The translations under genes and the position numbers were made by a program. This document shows, in pieces, positions 50,917 to 60,600 of a stretch of 64,000 bases of DNA (its first letter is position 1; each line of letters begins with the position of its first letter). A model generated the notes under the pieces. That model did no database searches. It was not told the DNA's origin and saw nothing but the letters and a program-made list of their open reading frames with translations. The DNA is from Klebsormidium nitens (Eukaryota; Plantae; Klebsormidiophyceae), in the NCBI GenBank assembly GCA_000708835.1, contig DF236961.1, positions 310,001-374,000 on the forward strand, written 5' to 3'.

Positions 50917-51530
50917 CTGCAAACCCAAAAAAGCTCAAATTGAAACCCAGATTTCGAGTTGACTTTGGACCAGCGTCCAAACCGGGAATCCATCTCTTCG
51001 AAATTGGCAAACACGAGCGGGCGATGCAGGCCGCCGGCTTGTGCAGGGCCGTCGATGCGGCCGGTACACTTCGGGGCCGTATGCTGCTTCGTCCTGCAAA
51101 TGCCGAATGCAACCTCGAATTTGAACCCCAAAACCAGAGCCTCTGAAGCTTGCAGCCTACGCGAGCGGTCGGTGCACGCCCGCCAACTTATGCAGCACGC
51201 CGTATGTGCGGTACACTTGGGGGCGGTATGCTGCTTCGTCCTGCAAATGCGAAATGCAACCCCATTTTGGACCCCTGATTCTTGGACATTCCCAGCAGAG
51301 GTAGGTGCACGCCCGCCGACTTATGCAGCGCGCCGTATGTGCGGACACTCTGGGGCCTCTGCCGCCTCGTCATGCAACAGAATGTCGCACCCAGGTTGCT
51401 GCCCGATATGAGCCCGAAAATGGAAGCCTTTAAGAGTTTGCAAGCGCCAGCGGACGGTGCACGCTTGACGACTTCTGCAGCGCGCGTAGGTGCGATAAAC
51501 TTTACGAGCAAGGACCAAGATCAAGACTGC
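50917..51530 (-). repeat. three to four decayed copies of acceptor + 5' part of gene B exon 5
   Basis: TTTGCAG|GACGA(G/A)GC(G/A)GCATAC.GCCCC units start at 51093, 51240, 51371 and ~51520; the real exon starts at 50916. Confidence 0.85.
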
Positions 51531-52196
51531 TTGTGCAGCTGATTTGAGCAGCTGCCAGACGTGCAGAAATGTCGACATCAAGCCTGCACACTAAAAGATG
51601 CTTCGATAAGCCGCAGCTTCGATTTTTCCAAATTCTCTCCTCTAGTCGAAGCTCAACGTTATCTAGCCACGTCAACATGTGTTCTGAAAATCATCAGGAA
51701 ACACGCGCGCGCACTTCAGCAGAAACGCAAGCGGGAGCAGGGATTCTCTGGGCTACAGTCTTCAGTATTCGTCGGAACTCAATGTTATCTTGCCACGTCA
51801 TCATATTCGTTGAGATTTATAGGAGAGCGCTGCGGGCACCTTGAGGTCCTCGAGCAGGAACGCGAGCTTGAGGATAGGATTCTATAACTCTGAATTACAG
51901 ACTCTGAGTTAGAGTCTCCGAATCAGGTCGGAGCTTAACGTTATATTGCCACGTCACCATCTTTTTCAGGGACCTAGAGTCAAAAAAGCGCGCACCTTGC
52001 TCGGTCCTCCAGCAGGAACGCGAGCGTGAGTGCACAATGGCGCATCGCGGCCGAGAAGTTGAGCAGCTTCTTGATTGGTCCTACCGCGGGGCCAAGCTCC
52101 GAGTTGCGCCGCATGAAGTACAGGTCGGGGGGGCTAGCGTTCTCTAGAACGTGGCTCACAAACGAGGCCCACAAGAGACCCTTGGTGAACATTAGC

Positions 52197-52700
52197 CTGG
52201 AGGAAGAAAGGTTTGATTAAAGTTCGTATTTTGGACTTCGAGTGTCGGGTTTGGGTTTGAGATCTAGACGGCGGGGCCCTGCGCCGCATGAAGTAAAGGT
52301 CTGCGGAGCTGGCATTTTGTAAAATGTGCTTCGCGAACGAAGCCCACAGGAGACCCTAGGTGAACATTAGCCTGGAGGAAGAAAGGTTTGTTTAGTGTTC
52401 TGGTTTTCGGGTTTCGGGTTTCGGGTTCCGGGTTTGGGATCTAGACGGCGGGGCCCTGCCGCATGAAGTATATGTCTGCGGGGCTGGCGTATTCTAAGAT
52501 GTGGTTCACGAACGAGGCCCACAGGAGACCCTTGGTGAACATCAGCCTAGAAGACAAGTTTGGGGTATCGGGTTTTGAATCCAACTTCAAGTTGTTTGGG
52601 GTTTCGGATGAGCAAGTTTTTGAATTGGAAGGAATGCTTTGTATGAGTTTCTTGGGACGCCCACAGGAGGCCATTGGTAAACATCAGCCCAAGAAAAGGA
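52197..52700 (-). repeat. three decayed copies of acceptor + 5' part of gene B exon 4
   Basis: AG|GCT(A/G)ATGTTCACC units at 52371, 52546 and 52688; the real exon starts at 52196. Confidence 0.85.
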
Positions 52701-53357
52701 GGGATGCCGGAGGGTTTGGCATTTGGGGTCCAGGCTTATGGGTTTGGCTTGTGATTCTGAGTTTGGGACTTGAAGCGGAAAGGCTAGAAGATATGCTTTC
52801 TCGAGATTGCTGGAGCCCTACATCACGTTTCTGGTGAACGTCAACCTGAGGGCACCGAAAACGAGGTAGCGGTTGGCAGGTTTAGGAAGTGACCTAGGTT
52901 ACCATAGCCTTCTGGAGTTCAAATGCACCAGCTCGCACCTATCGGTGAAGTCGATCAAAGATACTGAACACAAGGTTGGCGGATTCCTTGACCAAAGTTG
53001 TGGCAGTCCAAACAGCTGAACTGCCAGCGACATACAGATCCACACGGGTATCGTTTCTCGGTAAACTTTTCAAATCAGGCACCAAGTCCAAAGGACGTCA
53101 CCTGATGACGTCATACGCGGCTCACCTTGCTTGCCGGTGGCGCGCCGCCGGGAGCGCGTTGCACGCGTCGAAGTGCAGGTCGGCGACCAGCGGTAGGAAG
53201 CTCTCCCCAATGTAGGTCGCCGTCCAGATCCGCAGCCGCCGGACCTCCTCCTTGTACGTCGTCCGAAACGTCCGGTACTTGTCCGAACGGAGCTGCGCGG
53301 GGAGGAGCTCCGCCCACAGGCGGTGGAGCGGTTGAGGGGGAGTCGGGGGGGCAACTT

Positions 53358-54620
53358 CTGCAAGGAACTAGAGAAGGGTCAGAGAGTTGGCGGTAGTGTC
53401 CGGCGAGCGTCACGGGAAGGTTCGAAAGTGCGTCCGAAACGTCCGATTTTTGGTCCAGATCGAGCTGTGGAGGGGGAGCTCCGCCCACAGGCGGTAGAGC
53501 GTTTGTGGGGGGGTCGGGCGTGGAATTTCTGCAAGACACTAGAAGGGTCAGGGAGTTGGCGAAAGCGTCCGGCGAGCGTCACGGGCAGGTTAAAAATGTC
53601 CGAAAGTGCGTCCGGAACGTCCGGTATTTGTCCGACGGAGCTGCGCGGTGGGGAGCTTCGCCCACAGGCGGTGGAGCGTTTGTGGGGGGCTCGGGGGAGC
53701 CGGTTCTGTGGGGAACAAAAAAGTCATTGAAAGTAGCGATAGGGTCCGGTGAAAGGCCGACAGAGAAACGTAACAAGGTGTCCGATGTGATTAAAGGTAC
53801 GTTCGGAAAGGTGAGATTGAGCTGCATCAGCGGAAAGTCCGCCCCCACAAGCGGTGGAGCGCTTGTGGGGGAGTCGGGGGGCCGGCTCCTGCAAGGAACT
53901 AGAGAAGGGTCAAAAGCGGCCGGCAGGCGTTACGTAAGTTAGTTTCGAAACGTTTCCGGATTACTTCTAGAAAAGGGAAAGTTGGAGCTGCGGAGGGGGA
54001 GCTTCCCCCACAGGCGATGAAGCGTTGTAAGGGGGTCGGGGGGGCGGCATCTGCGAGGAACGAGGAGTCCAAAAAGGGTCCGAAATGTGGCGATGGCGTC
54101 TGACAAATGATCAGAAGGGTGTCCGAAAATGTAAGATCCGCTCTCAGAAACGGTATGTTCAGACTCAGCTGCCCGAAGGGGAGCTTCGACCTTATGCGGT
54201 GGAGCGATTGTGGGGGTGTCAGCCTAGCGGCGCAGCTTCTGCGAGGAACGAGAAGGGGAAATAACGTGTATTGATCCGACAGGTATCACGAAACCGTCAA
54301 AAGCTGGTCCAGAGTGTATTTGAAAGTACATCCGGAAAGGGTACGGTTGAAGCTGCACGACAGGAGCTCTGCTCACAGCCGGTATAGCGTTTGTGAGGGT
54401 GTCAGCGGATTGGCCCCTTCAAGAAACGAAAAGAGTGATAAAGTGCGTTGATCCGATAAATGTCCACAAAGAATGTTGAAAGTGGTCCAGAATGTGATCG
54501 AAAGGTCTTCCGGAAACGATATGATCGAAGCTCTATGGGGGTGGAGCTCCGCTCACAGGCGGGGACGTTTCTGAGGAGGGGTCAAGGGGCGGCTTCTGAA
54601 AGGAACGGGAAAAGCGTCGG
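53358..54620 (-). repeat. seven tandem decayed copies (~177 bp) of acceptor + 5' part of gene B exon 3
   Basis: Unit starts at 53528, 53705, 53888, 54050, 54238, ~54419 and 54595 versus the real exon at 53357. Core motif CGCTCCACCGCCTGTGGGCGGAGCTCC. Confidence 0.9.
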
Positions 54621-57600
54621 GAAAGTGGCAATAGCATACGGCAGGAATTCAGTCAGATGAAAGCGTACTAGAGTAGACTATCCAATTCGGTACCAACCCT
54701 TCCGTACTGGGTATGCATATCACAAAGAAACTCCCTTCTCTGTGGAACCACAGCATCTCGGGAGTTGGGATCTGCCTTCGAGAAAACGAGCTTGTCTTCC
54801 CAAGCGAGGGAAAAAGAAAGACACCGCAAAGAACAACAGCTCTCTTGGGCAGGCAGTCTTTGTCTCAAACAAGCGCCAGAGTTCCTAGGATCAAACATTA
54901 TCATCAAGATCCAAGATGGCGATGTAAGTTGAACCACCCTCCATGACGTACCTGGCCCCACAGTTGGCCCCAAAAGGGGGTCGTTGGACTCGGCAACACT
55001 TCGGGGCGTGACTAATGTCCCTTCACCGACTCCGCTACTCCCGTCGAAGTCCGCCAGCCAGTCTGTGAAGTCGGGAATCCATAGGTCCGGGCCCGTCAGG
55101 AGGTCAGGGCTAGCATCTGCAAACCATAAGGGAAGACGAGCAATGAGTATCTCGTTACTCTCGAGCAAGGATCCAGTCAGATCTCTGTTCCAGGGAGGTC
55201 TAGGCAGTCTTGAAGGAGTGGTCCGCTGAGTTCGGGTGATGATGAAGCAAATTTGGTGGACAACAATTTCACTATCATCGGACGAACGGTCTGTTGATGG
55301 GACCGAGGAGAGGAATGGGAATTGACAGAGCTGCGCCATTTGAAAGATGCTGAGTCCCCTCTGTGACAGCAGAGTCAGACAATCCTTGTGTATCAAACCT
55401 GGGCAAACTCCGAGCATCAATCCGGACATATTATATGTTTTAGGGAATCATTCGAAGGCGCGAAGGCGCAGTGCAAGTTGGCCTTGCAACACAGGCGCCT
55501 TTTGGATAGGTGTCATGATCAACCAATAAGATGGACCAGATGGAATCTGTTGCAACCTATGCGGCAATACCCATGAAAGCTACCTATCCTCCTACTGCAT
55601 AACAACGTCGACGGGAAATAACACACTCACCTCTGGAATAGACCTCAGTGCCAAGCCCCCCAGCACCAAACCCGTCGTTCACCGGCCAATCAAAGCCTGC
55701 CACGTCACCCAGGCCCGCTGGCAGCAGACTTCCCCCCAGATCCGTTCCCTCCCCAAGGATTGCTCCGTTCTGCCCCTCCGGACGATATACAGGAAGCCCC
55801 TCATCAATCTCCCCCCCAAGAGCTTGAGCCACCCTAAGGGCAGCCTGCTCGATTCTTTTCCCTACGTCCTTTTCCTTACCCTGTTCCACCTTCTCCTTCT
55901 CCTTCCCTGTCTCCCTTTCTTTCCCCTTCTCTTTCTCAATTCTGTCGACCACTGGGGCTTGCAAAGCAGTTGTCTCAGCTTCGAGGGATCCCCTAGATTC
56001 AGGCAGTTTGTCGGAGGGGGTTTCTTCAGCCTGCACAGCTACCCCCCCATTTTGGGCATCTGACCGCGAAGACCCTGAGGACGTGAGCGTGTGTACCCTG
56101 ACGACCTGGCAGGGTTTTGGGGTTGAGGGGAGCTTTCTCCAGGCAGGTTTGCAGATTCTGGCGCGCTTTGCTGGGGCCCTTTCAGCGGATTCTCTGATGC
56201 GAGGCGGCTGATCGTCTTTGTCATAAACCCATCGTTTCCCCCCTCAATTGCCACCGCCTGCCGCTTTGCTTCGGGCCGTCGAAACAGGTTCCGGATGATG
56301 CTGGCCGCCTGCGTCTTCACCGTCCACTTTCCCCCCGCGCCTAGATCCATTTCTGCCGCCGTTGGCTTCTCCTTTGGCTCCTTTAGGGGCCACACAAACC
56401 CCCAGCTCTGGGTGTACATTGTCTGAATCTGGTCTAGTGACAAATCCTCTGTTATCAACTCGGATGCAGCAGGGACTGACGGGGAAGCTAGCAACTGCTC
56501 GCCATAAGTTGACACCGGCCTGGGCCCCCGCCTGCGCCGGACTCCCGTGTCTAGGGGCGAGTGTCAAGCCCTCCTGCAGTTGGAGCCCAGCCAGGAGCTC
56601 AGCATTATCTGTGCTATTAGCGATGACAGACTCCTGCCGATTCACGTTTGTTTTGGGGGGGGTCCAGGTCCCCACCTTGGGGGGCAGGTCCGCCAGCAAT
56701 TGCTCCCCCCAGGCAAACTGGTTGCATCCCTCTGCATCGAAGCTCATGGGGCGATCGCGCTTTCTGAGACTGGAGACGTCTTCCAATCTCCTGGTCCAGT
56801 CAAGCTGGTCCAAACCCTGTGGAGCAGGGGGATGGCCAGTGGCCCAAGCGTGCGCAGCATTCTGAAGGTCAGACATGTTGGCTTTGCAAGACCTCAAAAA
56901 TGGCGAGGGGGTGCTCAGGAGAGCTTTACAGTACTCTTGTTCTTAGGTAGACTAGAGTGCCTAGGAAGGCTGGGTTTGGGACTTGGTCTCAAGCAGAAGG
57001 GAATGCTGTCACCGAAGCTGCAGACCTTGGTGTTGATCACCAATCGCACAGAAGATGAGCTCATGTAGTGACTATTTAAGCACTGGCTTTGATTGCAGAG
57101 TTAGAGCGATCATTTCCTGGGGACCTGAACGTTAGAGAACTGGACCTTGGAGCTCCTTGAGAATGCTCCATGAAATAACTACTTCATACTTTCTGAAACG
57201 CAACCAACAGATGCTGTGTCCCCAGCAAAATCCCCATAGACACACACTGAGAGATCCTGACTAGAACATACGAAAGAATGACGACCACCAGACGCCATTG
57301 CTGAGCAATACGGAGCCCTCGGCACCAGTGCAAATTGTGGGGCTACCAAGCAAGGTCACGCAAGACCCTGATCCGAAAACCCTAAACTTAACTTGCCATC
57401 AAGGCTTACGCAAGTATGAGAAACTACCTTCGAACCCCAAAACCGGTAGTACAGATGTTAGACGTGACCTAGTTACAAACCCTTAAGGTTTAGTCTGGGT
57501 TTAGTAGAGATCTGCTAGCTCAACAGAAATTTTGAAGCTACCTCGGCCTTTTTTGCAGCCGTCACAGGTGCCAGAAGGGCTTTGATTTCAGGTCATCTGC

Positions 57601-57626
57601 ATTTCTTTTCTTGCTGATTCCTGCCC

Positions 57627-60600
57627 ATGACAAGGTCAAAGCCGATGCCAGCAACCACCGTAGGCACTCCCCAGACCCTGAAAGCACGCAAGGCAGCGGC
57701 GGCGCAGCGAGATCCGGGTGATCAGCAAGCAACCCTTGTCTCCGATGCAAAAGAAACCTCCCCAAACCACTTCTCAAGACGGTGCATCTACGTTTTTCTC
57801 AGCATTTTTGCCCCCTTGCTACTTGCTTTGATGGCAGCCACTGCATGCGCGTGCCTCGCCACTCCTTCCATCAGGGCCAACTTGTGCGGGGGGGCATTCT
57901 TGCAGGCGTCCACTACCCCCCCTTTCTGGAGGGGCCCTGCCAATCCCTCCTCCAAGAGCTGGAACATTTCGCTCAACTGGCGGCTCTTCCAGAACCTCCT
58001 TTCCCCACCTAACTTGAAAGATCAGCGAGCTAGCGTAAACTCCAGGAGCCCCATCATGGCTTCCTCACAGCCGGCAGCCGGAGCGACGTCAGCAGCAGTC
58101 AGTGGTGCAACGAGGCGTGGATTTTTCGCAGACGTCAGCAATCTTATTGAGGAGAACCCAAGCAAGCTGCATTACGGCGTTGCGGCGGTAAATTTTGATG
58201 GGGATGGGCAAGACGAGCTGTTTGTGTGCGGGTTTGGGGGGGCCGAGAATCAGCTTCTCAAGGCAAGGGTCTTTTCCTGTTTTCTCTCTGTGTTCATGTT
58301 GATCCTCTCATTTGCTTGCAGACGAGCCCACGCCACAGTTCCTTGAAGCAACACATCTTTGCCTGGAGTGAGATTCTGATAGTATCACTGGCTCCACTTT
58401 GGCATGAGGCCATCATTCTATTTGGCTATTCTCGTATTAGATCTTTCAGCAAGGACAGGTGCCTGCCTGATCCATCTGATGAGGTGTGGTGCTGCATGAT
58501 TATCAACGAAGCACACTGTCAACTCTGGTAGTGTCAACACTTGACTAGCAACCATTGATTGCCATCTCTTGACACTTTCATTGAATCGCACGGCAGGTTT
58601 TACGCTTCACCAGAACATGTTTGTTTCAAAGTAGACGTCAAATGTGACACGGAGTTGAGGACTCCCCTCCGATCATCTCGAGACCAGACATGCCTTCGGC
58701 CACTGCCAGTGAACCACTCACGTGTCTCCTTCACGCTGTGCCATTCATCTTTCGTTTCTTGCTTTGTTTTCTTTCTTGTCATTGGTAGATTCAAAAGCAT
58801 CCAAAAGCTCGTCCAGGTAAATTCTTCACCAACACGTGAAGGGGACGTTGTTGAGGCTGTCTTCAGGCATTTCCATTCTCAGATTGCTATATTCAACTTG
58901 CACAATCTCCACTCTCAACAGTGGCGGGACGGAAAGCTCGTGAATGTTGCTCGAGGGACCCCCCTCGCGGACCCCGAGAGGCAGGCCATCGGTGTGGCGG
59001 CCGGTGACTTTGACGGGGACGGCCAGGAAGAGGTCTACGTGCTTAACACCGACACATTTGGGGGGCGGAAGAAGCTTACCGACCGGCTCTTCAGCAGGTG
59101 CGATCCTGCTTGAATAAAGTGAATTGGATTGGGAAATCTTTTCTGATTTTCCTTACTGTTAGTTGACAAGTGACTTTGAATGGTCAGCTCGTTGACAGTT
59201 TCACTCTTCAACACTTCCTTTAGACGTCGCGTGTGTTCGTTACACTGAAGGATGATGTTGGTTGCTCATTCTGAGGGATGACGTGATCTGCTCAGTACTG
59301 GTTGGAGACCCCCTTCAAGCCGGCCCGTTCTTCTTTTCCGTCCACGCCTTGTTCTTGTGTGGGGCAATAACTCAGCCAACTGGTCAGGGGCACGCTTCAA
59401 AAGGCACTCACGTTCAGCCAACAGCATCTGACGAAGCAGGTCAAAACGGAGCGGAAAGCAACAAGAAGCGATCGTTTTACGCGGCTGCAGGGATGCGTCA
59501 GGGGAGGTGACCGACCTCTTTTCCATTCCTCGCAACATGGACGAAGCGAACATGGTGGCGGGCCGCTCGGTTGCGGCAGTGGACCGTAAAGGGTCGGGCA
59601 AGTACGGTTTCTTTGTGGCCAACTACGGGGGAATCATGAAGGTGAGGAGTACGCATAGTGTTGCTGTAAGTTTTGGGAGATGCGGTCTGTCCGAGCCGGA
59701 TAGAATGTTTTCTGCTGGAACATCTGGCAATGAACATCCCCAGATTGCGAGCCAAACAGATTAGAGTAGATTTACGTACTTGAGTAGGTACCATGCTTCG
59801 GAACAGGCTTTACAGAATGAACTGTGCATGTAGGGAGGTGAGGGGTCGAAACAAGCTTTCCAGAGGTTCATTGTAGACCAGGCGCGTGCGGCGGGTCTCA
59901 GATGTTCCCGACTGGCGCGTTTAACCATTTTCCGGCGCCTTCTCGAGGCTCTCCCTTTCTCTGCTGTCGGGTGTATCTCCTCTTGACTTTCCTCCTCCTT
60001 TTTCATCACTTACAATCTCTTTCTCCCCTGTTGCAGTTGTTCGAAGCATCGTCCGACGATTTTGTGGTAGACCAAGTTCACGCGGCCGTCCTTCAGATTC
60101 ATCCGACTGGCGGCCCGTAACTAGTTTCCCGACGCCTTTCCGAGGCTTTATTATCGCTCTTGTCCTTCTTTGAACTTCCTGCAATCACTTTTATCACTTA
60201 TTCACAGATCACTTTATTTCCTGCAGCTGTTCGAAGCCTCGGCCGACGGCTTCGTAGTAGACCAGGCCCGTGCGGCCGGCCTCCAGATGTACCCGACTGG
60301 CGGCCGCGCGCTCGTGTCCGCCCCCATAGTCAGTCACAGCGCGATGGACATCTTCGCTGGAAACGAGGGTGGGCCCAACTTTCTGTTCGTCAACCACAAC
60401 GGAGTCTACAGCGAGGCCGCGGGAGCTTACGGGTAAGAACATGCATCAGAGCTTGAAGTGCGCAGACTAGGGTTCTGCAAGTAGATGCTTCGAAAAGAAT
60501 TGAAGGCGGCCCCATTCTCGTGTTCGTCAAGTACAACGGAATGTAGAGCAACGCTATGGCAGCTTCCCGGTAAGAGCAGGTTCTCGAATTCCAGACTCAA

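Larger units (their letters stand above)
48830..56876 (-). pseudogene. orphan gene B, inverted paralog of gene A, 7 exons (56876-55631, 55116-54952, 53357-53126, 52196-51996, 50916-50575, 50157-49886, 49106-48830); frame-disrupted as assembled
   Basis: Shared motifs LRKRDRPMSFDA, KTQAASIIR.LFRRPEAKRQAV, EEVRRLR.WTATY.GE, MFTKG.LW, YGALHKS.G, CRLNAVAI.MREALCS. Exons 3, 6 and 7 have the same lengths as in gene A (232, 272, 277). There are two compensating frameshifts in exon 1 and 2 extra nt at the end of exon 4. Confidence 0.7.

Noticed and set aside
53358-54620. Regularly spaced repeats resembling a CRISPR array or a protein repeat (PPTNAPPPVGGAPPRAAP ORFs)
   Set aside because: The context is eukaryotic, the whole units are homologous (no unique spacers), and there are no cas genes. 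The motif is an off-frame reading of exon 3 copies.
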